A DNA stretch of 42,137 nucleotides, taken from Oligoflexia bacterium (GTDB lineage Bacteria; Bdellovibrionota; UBA1018; CAIMNF01). The DNA is taken from contig CAIOKW010000037.1 of the NCBI GenBank assembly GCA_903858975.1, positions 1 through 42,137 of the forward strand, written 5' to 3'. Below are positions 25,473 through 34,633 of the stretch, in pieces. The translations under genes and the position numbers were made by a program. The notes beneath the pieces are model-generated. The model made no database searches. It saw only the letters and a program-made list of their open reading frames with translations, and was not told where the DNA came from. Within the stretch, counting starts at the first letter, position 1. Every line of letters begins with the position of its first letter.

Positions 25473-26717
25473 ATGAACGAAAGCTTGATTCAAAAAACAC
25501 TCAGAGTGCTGGGCAATCGGCGCATGGCAGCCACATTACTATTTGGATTTTCATCCGGGATTCCGCTCGGGCTTACTGGGGGCACCCTCCAGGCTTGGAT
25601 GACCCAAGAGAAGGTAAACTTGGCGACCATCGGGATTTTCTCGTTAGTGGGACTTCCCTATGCCCTGAAATTTCTCTGGTCACCCCTCATGGATGCTTAT
25701 TTGCCCCCTTTCTTAGGGCGTAGAAGGGGCTGGATCTTGGTGAGTCAGGTTCTTCTGATCCTCTCAATTGCCCTGATGGCGGTCACGAGCCCGGTACTGC
25801 AGCCCGTGCAGATGGCGACGATTGCTTTTTTGGTCGCGTTCTTTAGTGCAAGCCAAGACATTGTGGTGGATGCCTATCGTACCGATGTTCTGTTGCCCGA
25901 AGAATATGGTTTGGGTTCTGCGGCCTATATCATGGGCTATCGAATTGCGATGCTCGTCAGCGGTGCCTTGGCGCTCATTCTTGCAGATCAAATGTCTTGG
26001 AAGAGTGTCTACTTTCTGATGGCGCTCACGATGCTCGTGGGAGTGATTGCGACCTTATTTTTAGCTCCTGAGCCTGAGATGGGCATCAGCAGACCGAAGT
26101 CTTTGGGTGAAGCGGTTTATCTTCCGCTTGTGGATTTCTTTAAGCGAAAAGGTTCGATGGAGGTCTTGTCCTTCATCGTATTGTACAAGCTCGATGTCGT
26201 GATGGCATTAGCCCTTACGACCGCATTTATGCTGCAAATTGGTTTTACAAAGACCGATATTGGAGCGGTGAATAAGGGAGTGGGGCTCGTTGCGACCATT
26301 GTCGGCACACTTTCGGGCGGAGCGATCATGACCAAGCTCGGGATGAAGCGCTCCCTTTGGAGTTTTGGAATTCTTCAGGGCTTAGGGAATCTGACTTTCG
26401 TCGCTCTTGCACATGTGGGTTACAATTACCCGCTTATGGTGACTGCCGTCGCAACGGAGAACTTATTGAGCGGAATGGGAACGGCGGCCTATTCAGCCTT
26501 CTTGATGACTCTTTGTAATAAAAAGTTCTCTGCAACTCAGTATGCGCTACTCACAAGCCTAATGGCACTGACACGAGTGTTTGCAGGAGCTCCCAGTGGT
26601 TTTCTTGCTGAAAAGTTGGGATGGCAGTCTTATTTCCTCTTTTCGATGAGTTTGATGCTTCCAGGTTTACTTCTCTTGACCCGCTTTGATCGTTGGAAGA
26701 CGAGCCAAGCGGAGTAA
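25473..26717 (+). CDS. ampG: AmpG-family muropeptide MFS permease
   Basis: LLFGFSSGIPLGLTGGTLQAWMT, IGIFSLVGLPYALKFLWSPLMD and PPFLGRRRGWIL closely parallel the E. coli AmpG N-terminus. Confidence 0.92.
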   Translation: MNESLIQKTLRVLGNRRMAATLLFGFSSGIPLGLTGGTLQAWMTQEKVNLATIGIFSLVGLPYALKFLWSPLMDAYLPPFLGRRRGWILVSQVLLILSIALMAVTSPVLQPVQMATIAFLVAFFSASQDIVVDAYRTDVLLPEEYGLGSAAYIMGYRIAMLVSGALALILADQMSWKSVYFLMALTMLVGVIATLFLAPEPEMGISRPKSLGEAVYLPLVDFFKRKGSMEVLSFIVLYKLDVVMALALTTAFMLQIGFTKTDIGAVNKGVGLVATIVGTLSGGAIMTKLGMKRSLWSFGILQGLGNLTFVALAHVGYNYPLMVTAVATENLLSGMGTAAYSAFLMTLCNKKFSATQYALLTSLMALTRVFAGAPSGFLAEKLGWQSYFLFSMSLMLPGLLLLTRFDRWKTSQAE

Positions 26718-26728
26718 GTATCCATCCG

Positions 26729-27217
26729 CTATTGCTTAGGAATGGTCATGACCGCGCGAGCTCCGACCAGGCACTCAAGTGGCGCACTGGTCATTGCATC
26801 TAAATAAGCCTCGGGTGCTCGAGCGAGACATGCCTTCCTTGCAAGATCCGCGTCTCCGCTCGGGGAAAAAACGGAGCGATTAATAGGAGAGAGTGAGCTT
26901 GTCACGCCGCCGCTTGTTTCGCAGCGCTCCTCTAAAAAGCAGGAGTATTTGGGGTTATTCGCAACATAGTTACAGCCCTCTTCTTGTTTCTGTTGAAGTG
27001 CGTTTACGTCCGTATTCCTAAAATAACCTGAAGTTCCAGCGCCCATTCCTGCAGCATATTGTTTACATTGGTAACTCAAAAGAAAAACGGAAGGCGAGTA
27101 GGCAATCTGGGTGCAATAGACTCCAGAACTCAGCTGCGCCCAACAAAATCCTGACGGTGCCGCATCGGCGCGAGCATTCAGTACGAGTGTAAAAAGAATC
27201 ACGAAGAAAAGTTTCAT
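26729..27217 (-). CDS. Secreted Cys-rich hypothetical protein
   Basis: 162 aa with signal peptide MKLFFVILFTLVLNARADA. The mature part has 8 Cys and no known domain. Confidence 0.55.
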   Translation of the reverse strand: MKLFFVILFTLVLNARADAAPSGFCWAQLSSGVYCTQIAYSPSVFLLSYQCKQYAAGMGAGTSGYFRNTDVNALQQKQEEGCNYVANNPKYSCFLEERCETSGGVTSSLSPINRSVFSPSGDADLARKACLARAPEAYLDAMTSAPLECLVGARAVMTIPKQ

Positions 27218-27300
27218 AGTCGGGCCTCACATTCTATACTCTCCTCCTGTAGCAAAAGCTGTTCCACTCACGCTCATCACTTTCAAAGGATCCATGCATC

Positions 27301-27894
27301 ATGAATGAAAAAATCGAAAATCTTCTTCCTAAGCAAGGAGCCGCTTATCTTCATGAAGGACTCTTTAGTGCGGATGAGAGTGCAAATTATATGGAAGAAT
27401 TGATGACTGGAATTCGCTGGAAGCAAGAGCCCATTGTGATCTTTGGGAAACGTGTGATGCAGCCCCGCCTCACTGCTTGGCATGGGGATCCAGGAAAAGC
27501 TTACCGATACTCAGGAATCTTGATGGAACCCACCCCCTGGAACAAAGCACTCCTTGAGATTAAATCTAAAATTGAAAAAAGTACGGGAGTTACTTTCAAT
27601 AGCGCACTCTTAAATCAGTATCGCCACGAAAAAGATAGTATGGGTTGGCATCGAGACAATGAAAAGGAACTCGGAGTGAATCCCGTGATCGCATCGGTGA
27701 GTTTCGGAGAAGTGAGACGATTTTTGTTTCGCCATTATACAGAAAAGAGTTTGAAAAAAGAACTCTACTTGAGTGCAGGGAGTTTGTTGCTGATGTCAGG
27801 AGAGACTCAAAAACACTGGGAGCATTCAATTTCAAAACAATCAACGCCTGTTGGACCGAGAATTAACATCACTTTCCGGACTATTTTGAGCTGA
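27301..27894 (+). CDS. alkB: AlkB-family Fe(II)/2-oxoglutarate-dependent dioxygenase (alkylation repair)
   Basis: 197 aa with NQYRHEKDSMGWHRDNE (HxD), HWEH and the terminal RINITFR motif. Confidence 0.88.
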   Translation: MNEKIENLLPKQGAAYLHEGLFSADESANYMEELMTGIRWKQEPIVIFGKRVMQPRLTAWHGDPGKAYRYSGILMEPTPWNKALLEIKSKIEKSTGVTFNSALLNQYRHEKDSMGWHRDNEKELGVNPVIASVSFGEVRRFLFRHYTEKSLKKELYLSAGSLLLMSGETQKHWEHSISKQSTPVGPRINITFRTILS

Positions 27895-29436
27895 GCAATC
27901 TAATTGAGGGAGTGCGGGTGTCGACCATTCCCGGTAGGGATGATCCAGGTCTTCACTAAATTCAGTTAGGTTCAGTAATTCATAATGCTCATCCGCTTGT
28001 TGGCCTCCAATGGTAAACTCTGCTCCGAGTCGTTTGATCCACTTGTGTTGGCCGCGTTCAGTGCAAGTGCCATCTCTTGAAAGGCAAGCACGCTTGTATT
28101 CGGGAGGCCAACTTGGGTTATTGGTTCTTTGGGAGAGGTCATCTAAAGAATTTTGGATGACTTGTTCGGCGTCTGTTCCCGAAAGTCCGGCGAGTCCATT
28201 CAGTGTTTTTCCCTCAGTAAGCGCGGTGAGGCTGTTAATGGTGTCTAGAATGTCTACTCCCGGTAGTCCGATGAGGGAGCTCAAGTCCACGAGCATTTGT
28301 TTCATTCCTGTTTTAAAGAGTAAAAAATCCTCATTGGGGTCAGCCATGCTGAATTGAATTCGGTAACGTTTTCCTTTTTGAATGATTCCGTCTGTGACCA
28401 TTCGGGGTAATCCCGTTAGAAATCCTTGATACTGCGGAGGTGCAATATCCCCGAAATACCAAGAATCAACAACCTTATTTCGAGCCCCCGATAAATCACT
28501 CAACTCCACCTTACCCGCAACGGGAGTAAGGTAGGAGTCCTCGCTTGAACCAAAATGGTCCATCAGGAGTTGAAGGTCGACGCGCGTGCGTGAATCTTTT
28601 TCTGGCTTGATTCCGATCGCCCCTAATTCAACTCCTCCACGCCAGGTATCGGGCCAAAAGGGAGAGTTGATTTCGACCGGCGCGCTGGGGTAGGAGAGCG
28701 AATTGGAATTAGGATTTAAAAGTAAGCGTATTTTTGATGACCCGATTGCGGTGAGGTCAGTAGTTAATCCGCTAGCATCTCCAGCAATATAAGTATTCAA
28801 GAGTGATTGTATCTCACCCGCTTTCAAACCTTGACGATTAATGTAGGAAACATCCGTGCACTCCTTTCTTAAGCCAACGCTGATGCCGAAACGACTGGTT
28901 TTTTGAATCTTCAGATAGAAGAAATCTCCGTAAAAAATAATGTGGTCGGGTGAAATCTTCACCATGGTTGCAGCAGGCTCAGTCTCGGGTAGGAGAATGG
29001 TGTTCCCTTCCAGTTCCTTCACGTCGTAATAGGTGCAGGATCTGAGAAAAGCGAACCCTTCAAGAAATGAGTTCAGCTTGTCTTTTTTGCGTTGTTCACT
29101 TGGAAATGGATTATTTAAAATTCGGCACTGATCCGGAGTGTAGTGAGAGGTGAAGTTAAGGTCGCCTGATTTTCCATTGGGCTTTTGGGTTCTGAGTGCC
29201 AATGCAACCATAAGAAACTGACCTGCGGCATCCTTACAGCCTTCAATTATGGTCGGGCGTGCGCGGCTGCGCTCCTGCCCGTCATAGAAGTTTCCGCTTG
29301 ATGGCATTTCGGTTGAAAAAAAGTAATTGATCGGAGGATCCTGAGAGGCGGTACAGGCTTCCGTTTGACTAACGGGCAGGAGCCCCAAGGCGAAAAGCGC
29401 AACCAACGTCGTAGATTTTAACTCGCTTTTGATCAT
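27841..29436 (-). CDS. Secreted hypothetical protein (large, orphan)
   Basis: Signal peptide MIKSELKSTTLVALFALGLLPVSQTEA from ATG 29436; the track start at 29463 adds 9 aa. No recognisable domain. The 3' end overlaps the alkB 3' end by 54 nt. Confidence 0.6.
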   Translation of the reverse strand: MIKSELKSTTLVALFALGLLPVSQTEACTASQDPPINYFFSTEMPSSGNFYDGQERSRARPTIIEGCKDAAGQFLMVALALRTQKPNGKSGDLNFTSHYTPDQCRILNNPFPSEQRKKDKLNSFLEGFAFLRSCTYYDVKELEGNTILLPETEPAATMVKISPDHIIFYGDFFYLKIQKTSRFGISVGLRKECTDVSYINRQGLKAGEIQSLLNTYIAGDASGLTTDLTAIGSSKIRLLLNPNSNSLSYPSAPVEINSPFWPDTWRGGVELGAIGIKPEKDSRTRVDLQLLMDHFGSSEDSYLTPVAGKVELSDLSGARNKVVDSWYFGDIAPPQYQGFLTGLPRMVTDGIIQKGKRYRIQFSMADPNEDFLLFKTGMKQMLVDLSSLIGLPGVDILDTINSLTALTEGKTLNGLAGLSGTDAEQVIQNSLDDLSQRTNNPSWPPEYKRACLSRDGTCTERGQHKWIKRLGAEFTIGGQQADEHYELLNLTEFSEDLDHPYREWSTPALPQLDCSAQNSPESDVNSRSNRR

Positions 29437-29469
29437 TGCTTTACTCCTATCCTTGGGGCCCAAGTCCCA

Positions 29470-30585
29470 TTATAGCAACATTAAGTCGCCATTTTTGCCG
29501 TTGTCACTTCCTTCATTTGATGAGCCACCGTCCATCAATGCTTCTTCAATTTTAGAATAAGTACAAACTTCAGCTCCGTGGCGCTGCCATTTACGCATAA
29601 ATGGTAGACTGCTCTTTTCGTTGGTTTCAGTAAAAACATAACGAATTTTGCAGAAGCGTGGAGAGTGGGTCCCTGAAACCAGAATTGAATTGATTAGGTC
29701 AAGTCCACTTCCGGCTAAGTTAGTAAACGCGCCGCTATTCCCGAAGGAATCGCCGCCAGAAACTGGGTATCCGCTGCTATCGAAATTAAATGAAGCTTCA
29801 TTGGCTACCGTATTATAAGTGCCGCTCAATGCTGATGATCCGTTGTGAGCATACTTGTAGGTTCCAACGCCTTGAAGATCACAAGTGTAGTAGGCCTTAA
29901 CTTGTAGTCCTGCGAGGTCCGTGTAGGTTTTACCGTCGACAGTTCCTGGAATGATTAAACCATCGCGAGAGTTATCGCCTGGATTAGGGTTAGTCGCAAG
30001 AAAGTCGGTTGCGCTCGCTTGAGCCTGAATTGCTGAATTGATGCTCACACCATCAGCAAAGTACTCAATCTGTGGTCCACGATAACAGACATCCACAAAG
30101 TATTCAGCGCCGTAAAGTTCAGAGCCTAATTCAAAGCTAAGATCCTTAATGCGGCTATTCCATGTGTCCGAATCATTGCTAAATGCTGAATTCCAAGTTC
30201 CGTCAATGTACGCAGAACGGGTGAATGTTTGAGGGTTGGTGTCGGTGATGTTGTCGCCCGTTGCTTTATGATCTTTCCAGTCAACCGATGAAACCTTCAA
30301 GAAGTCCATGAGTGAGTCGCCGCCATCACTTCCTGTACATACGCACTGAGTATTACAGATCCCCTTGTCCCGACAATCGTTCGGTGTACAAGAGTTGGTG
30401 GTGCCTTCGAAGTAACACACTTTTGAGGTGGTTCTTTTGTGCCGAATGCCGGCGTTACACGCATAGACGCTGGGCCCCGAACTATAGACTTTAAATTTAA
30501 ATCGAAGCGAAATCGCCTCGGAATTTTGAGTTGCACTCATGAATGCCATTGCGGCGATGAGCAGGGTCTTGATGATACGATTCAT
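29470..30585 (-). CDS. Secreted Cys-rich hypothetical protein (orphan)
   Basis: 371 aa with signal peptide MNRIIKTLLIAAMAFMSATQNSEA. It has an N-terminal Cys cluster (CYFEGTTNSCTPNDCRDKGICNTQCVC). It is the first gene of a two-gene minus-strand operon. Confidence 0.6.
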   Translation of the reverse strand: MNRIIKTLLIAAMAFMSATQNSEAISLRFKFKVYSSGPSVYACNAGIRHKRTTSKVCYFEGTTNSCTPNDCRDKGICNTQCVCTGSDGGDSLMDFLKVSSVDWKDHKATGDNITDTNPQTFTRSAYIDGTWNSAFSNDSDTWNSRIKDLSFELGSELYGAEYFVDVCYRGPQIEYFADGVSINSAIQAQASATDFLATNPNPGDNSRDGLIIPGTVDGKTYTDLAGLQVKAYYTCDLQGVGTYKYAHNGSSALSGTYNTVANEASFNFDSSGYPVSGGDSFGNSGAFTNLAGSGLDLINSILVSGTHSPRFCKIRYVFTETNEKSSLPFMRKWQRHGAEVCTYSKIEEALMDGGSSNEGSDNGKNGDLMLL

Positions 30586-30627
30586 TTTTCCTCACTTTGA
30601 TTATTTTCATAATCGGTTTAATGCTCA

Positions 30628-30649
30628 GCTTGAAACTTATGTTTCAAGC
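30628..30649. promoter_or_regulatory. Perfect 9-bp inverted repeat (candidate operator) in a divergent control region
   Basis: GCTTGAAAC-ttat-GTTTCAAGC lies 43 nt upstream of the 29470-30585 gene start, inside a 336-bp AT-rich intergenic region. Confidence 0.4.
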
Positions 30650-30921
30650 AGGTTCAATAACTTCTATTTAATTCTCATAATCGAAATCATTGAGCGGGCG
30701 TGACACTGACAAAGGGATTCGACAATGTCAAACGAGGGGAATGTGTTTTGATAGAAAATTGTGAGAGTGAACTCTGATTCTTTAGTTATTGTTTACGGAG
30801 TGTTTTTGGATTCTCAATTAATGCGGAAAGTATGTTCAAGAAATCTTTAGGACGCTAGATTTGTTTGACTGCAACTTGAATTTGTTGGATTCAGTTCCAG
30901 CTTTTAAGCAAAGGAGTCCAG

Positions 30922-31515
30922 ATGAAAATAATTTTATTTATAATGTTCTTCGTGATGCCTCAGTTTTCTTTTGCGCAAACACAAGCAATTGAGCTTAGTC
31001 CTGCATCAACCACAAGGACACCGCCCCCAGCGGGCAGTGATTTCTCAGGAGGTGCTGCGGACTTTGATCCCTCGTACTATTCTCCGAGCGCCGTTCATCG
31101 ACTGATTCAGGATTCGATGCGAATTCAGTGTCATGAGGGACTTTGTCAAATGGCGATGGTGGACACTCATGGATCCTCTTTTGTCGTTGAGGTTTCAGCA
31201 GGATATGGTCCTAATAACGGAATCAATGCGAGCGGAGGGGGGGGCCAAGGGGGAGTGGTGGTGGTGAATCCTAATTCCGGAGGGGCTTCAGTCAGTCAGC
31301 CGTTTTTTGGTCTGACCCTGCGATACACGACACAACGATGTCGACAGTATGTGAATGTGCCCACTGCTCTCTATGTCTCTCTCAACACTTATCTTTATGG
31401 TCTCATCAATGAAGATGGAACCACGAAACGAACATTCGATCCGGCTGAGCAAACGATGATTCTTTTTTACACGACCATTTTAAAGCAAGCAAGTGGCTGC
31501 TCCTCGTCGAAATAA
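30922..31515 (+). CDS. Secreted Gly-rich hypothetical protein (orphan)
   Basis: 197 aa with AAGGAG RBS and signal peptide MKIILFIMFFVMPQFSFA. It has a Gly-rich core (SGGGGQGGVVVVNPNSGGAS) encoded partly by a G8 run. Confidence 0.6.
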   Translation: MKIILFIMFFVMPQFSFAQTQAIELSPASTTRTPPPAGSDFSGGAADFDPSYYSPSAVHRLIQDSMRIQCHEGLCQMAMVDTHGSSFVVEVSAGYGPNNGINASGGGGQGGVVVVNPNSGGASVSQPFFGLTLRYTTQRCRQYVNVPTALYVSLNTYLYGLINEDGTTKRTFDPAEQTMILFYTTILKQASGCSSSK

Positions 31516-31524
31516 GGGCCACCC

Positions 31525-33981
31525 ATGCAATCCTTCAGAAAAAGCATTTTCCTCATTTTGATGATTACCGGGATTCCCTTGCGTTCATCCGCAGAATCCC
31601 GCAAGCCCCTGATCTTTGAAAATCGAGCAGCCTGCGCGCTCGATTCAAAACTCCCCGCAGATTCGGCACTCTTGATCGTCGATAGCTACAATGCCGGTAA
31701 ATTGGTTGATTCTTGGTTGAAGGGTCTTGAGCCCAACATTTCAGCGAACATGAACACAGAGAAGGGGCTCCGCTACTTTCGTTTGGCGGTCACTGAAATG
31801 TTCATGACCCTCGCAAGTGAGATCTTGAACGGCCGTCTTCCTTTAATTTCAAGTGATGACGAAATAATAAAGCGGTGTCAGGGGCAGACACCTTGCCCGG
31901 AAATGGAAATGAAGCTGGATCAGGTGTTTCAGGCGTGGACTCAAATCAGTGCAGTCCCCAACGTTCCCCTGCAAGGCGCCAGTGTGAGTTGCCTCTATCT
32001 TAGAAAATTTTCGGAGTTTCAGGCTCCTTGGAATCGGGATCGACCTGATCAGAGTGTTTTGCAAAAGCTGGCACAGGATACCTTGAATTCAAAAGACCTA
32101 GTTTCGGAGTGCTTTGATGAATCAGAGAGTCTTTCGTCTAGACGTTTTGCTCTTCAGTTTGACCTGAATGGACAGGATCCTCGTTGGTGGAGTCAGCATG
32201 GCTTTGATTTTTGGTTTAGCTTAAAACTCTATTTCTCTTATTCCTGGAGAAATCCAACTTATATTTTGGGTGAGACCCATCCTTTGCTCGGCCTTTTTCG
32301 AAGTCTTGCAGTGGAGCAAATGATGAGTTTGGTTTCCAATACTTGTAAGTCGATCGAAAAACCGGTGTGCACGGAATCCCAAACTGCTTTAGAGGTTTAT
32401 CGATTGATTGCAAGGGCAGGTGCTCCCGCGGATTTAGATCACCCCTTTTCGCGGGGCGCGGATCAGGCTCTTTTAGCTCAAGCGGTGCCAGTGTACCACG
32501 AAGATGTTGCGGTACTTCCGGAGGGTCAAGAGGCCGGAGTTTGGTTAAAGTCTTATCAAGATCAAATCTTAAAGAATCGAGGGTTCTTAAAACAAAAACT
32601 TTTGAGTGCAGTTTCGTTATTTGAATTAATGAAGTCCGCTCTTCCGGTGGAAGACCTGCAAAAAGGACTACTTACGCTCAGATCTCAAATCCAGGATCAC
32701 CCCCTCTTGTATAAGAAAATGCAGGTTCTTTGCTCTGAGGATTCACTTGCGTTTCACCCTTTGTTTGGGGTGATGGAGAAAAAACTTGAGGGTGTTGTGA
32801 GTGATAAAAGTTTTGAAATGCTTTTTGATTCTATTTCCAATCAGCAGTTGAGGGATCTCGTATCGTATGGAGTGAATGTTGGGAAAATGATCGAGCCTTT
32901 GTGTGAACAAATCAAAGTTGAACAGCTCTGGGCAAAGGGTAAAGAGCCTGAAGCGGCGGATTTGAGTGCATGGTATCGAGACTTGATGGGAAATGGAGAT
33001 TCTGGTTCCAACGATTTTTTTGGATTAGGAAATCTCTTTAATCAGGATGCAATGGGCCTTCCTGCGGTCCTATCCCAAGAAAGAAGCACGGATTCAGGAA
33101 CTGAGAAGTCAACGGTCTGTTCAGATGTCAGTGACTGTGGACGACTCATTTTGAAAACTCTTGTGGATCTTAATTCGATTTCAACTTGGACCAGTGCTCT
33201 TACGCCCATGAAGGAATGGATTCAATCCCCTAGCCTTGCAAACCCGTGGGCAACTGAGCAGGCCTGTAAGCTGTATGATCCTTGGTACGCCACTCATCGC
33301 GCTTTTGTGGCGATGGTGGGTGATTTATTTACGACCACGGTTACTGGGATCGCACCGATTCCTGCTTATTTAGCCATTGACCTGAAGCCCAGTACCGTGA
33401 CGGGATTTCAACCGGAGCCGCTAGCGGGAGATGTTTTACTTCATCCCAATCTTCAGCGGGGCGGAGTCAGTTACAGTTTAGGAATTGATTTGGGGCCTTG
33501 GACTGGAATTCCGTGTGCGGCCATTGTGAGTCCGAACGCGATCGGTGCCAATACGAATGGCTTTTACACTTTAGGAGGAGTTCGGGCGGAAGCGTGCATG
33601 GCACAGAATTCTCATCGTTTGACCGTGACCGGTGCCTCCGATTCCAATGCTAATCCAAACGCCCAGCGATCCTCCTGTCTCATGTGTTATTTGAATCCGT
33701 ATTCGACTGCGAGGAGCCTCAGTATGCTGGGAACCACTCCCGTTCCTCTGCTCAGGCTTGCTGCGGGAGTCGTATTCAGTGGGGTGAGTCTCATCAAAAA
33801 ACTTTCCGATCCAGTGGATGTTCCCAGGCGTTTTACGGTAGACCCCGCAAAAGTCGCTGCTACTTTTCAAAAGTATAGTTTCATTCCGAAGCATTGCGTG
33901 AGGCGATTGATTCATGGTCATTCTTGTCGATGGGCCTGGCTTACCGCGGATGAGCGCAAACACGAGCCCGTAGAGGAGTGA
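31525..33981 (+). CDS. Secreted large Cys-rich hypothetical protein (orphan)
   Basis: 818 aa with signal peptide MQSFRKSIFLILMITGIPLRSSA. More than 20 Cys are spread through the protein, there are no internal TM segments, and there is no recognisable domain. Confidence 0.6.
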   Translation: MQSFRKSIFLILMITGIPLRSSAESRKPLIFENRAACALDSKLPADSALLIVDSYNAGKLVDSWLKGLEPNISANMNTEKGLRYFRLAVTEMFMTLASEILNGRLPLISSDDEIIKRCQGQTPCPEMEMKLDQVFQAWTQISAVPNVPLQGASVSCLYLRKFSEFQAPWNRDRPDQSVLQKLAQDTLNSKDLVSECFDESESLSSRRFALQFDLNGQDPRWWSQHGFDFWFSLKLYFSYSWRNPTYILGETHPLLGLFRSLAVEQMMSLVSNTCKSIEKPVCTESQTALEVYRLIARAGAPADLDHPFSRGADQALLAQAVPVYHEDVAVLPEGQEAGVWLKSYQDQILKNRGFLKQKLLSAVSLFELMKSALPVEDLQKGLLTLRSQIQDHPLLYKKMQVLCSEDSLAFHPLFGVMEKKLEGVVSDKSFEMLFDSISNQQLRDLVSYGVNVGKMIEPLCEQIKVEQLWAKGKEPEAADLSAWYRDLMGNGDSGSNDFFGLGNLFNQDAMGLPAVLSQERSTDSGTEKSTVCSDVSDCGRLILKTLVDLNSISTWTSALTPMKEWIQSPSLANPWATEQACKLYDPWYATHRAFVAMVGDLFTTTVTGIAPIPAYLAIDLKPSTVTGFQPEPLAGDVLLHPNLQRGGVSYSLGIDLGPWTGIPCAAIVSPNAIGANTNGFYTLGGVRAEACMAQNSHRLTVTGASDSNANPNAQRSSCLMCYLNPYSTARSLSMLGTTPVPLLRLAAGVVFSGVSLIKKLSDPVDVPRRFTVDPAKVAATFQKYSFIPKHCVRRLIHGHSCRWAWLTADERKHEPVEE

Positions 33982-33986
33982 TGGAG

Positions 33987-34580
33987 ATGCGTACTTTGTT
34001 TGTTGCACTTCTCGCCTGCGCTTCAAGCCAGGTTTTCGCTTTTGATGTGAACCCCTTCCTCTCGGCCCTGGGACAAGAACTTCGAATTACGTGTAAAGCC
34101 ACGGACTCTGAAGCCTGCCTGGCGCTTTGTGGAGAGAGTTCGGAGTGCAGGATTGAAGAGCCTTCTTGTCGGAGTTGTGCGGGGACTCAGAATCTTTGGA
34201 TGAAGCGTGTGTTGGATCAGGTCGGACTGAGTCTTCGTGCAAGGGGAGCTCCGATTTCAGACGCCCAGTTTCTCGAGCTTCTAAAGGTTGGAAGTTGGAT
34301 CTCATTACACGAGAAATCGCTCTATAACTACAGTTCAGTCTTTAACGGAGCCCTGATCAAAGAGCAGTTTGATCGAGCCTGTGCTGAGGTAGGAGGCGTT
34401 GATGGAATCCTCCTCATCAAGACTCATCCTGTAACACACGTTCCTGAAGAGATCATGGGAATGATCTGCTCAGAGGCTTTAACCCATGATGCGCATCTGT
34501 ATCTGTTTCCTGAGTCTGAGAACCGCCTCTCAGCGATATACAAGAGACGGCCTTTACCCGCCTCATCCGACAGGCGGTAA
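33987..34580 (+). CDS. Secreted Cys-rich hypothetical protein (orphan)
   Basis: Signal peptide MRTLFVALLACASSQVFA, with GAGGAG 8 nt before ATG 33987. The track start at 33978 is a GTG overlapping the upstream stop. It carries a Cys cluster (CKATDSEACLALCGESSECRIEEPSCRSC). Confidence 0.6.
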   Translation: MRTLFVALLACASSQVFAFDVNPFLSALGQELRITCKATDSEACLALCGESSECRIEEPSCRSCAGTQNLWMKRVLDQVGLSLRARGAPISDAQFLELLKVGSWISLHEKSLYNYSSVFNGALIKEQFDRACAEVGGVDGILLIKTHPVTHVPEEIMGMICSEALTHDAHLYLFPESENRLSAIYKRRPLPASSDRR

Positions 34581-34633
34581 AAGCGGAGAGGGAATAAGGT
34601 TTAGGGAATTCAATTTGCACATCAGGGTTTCTT

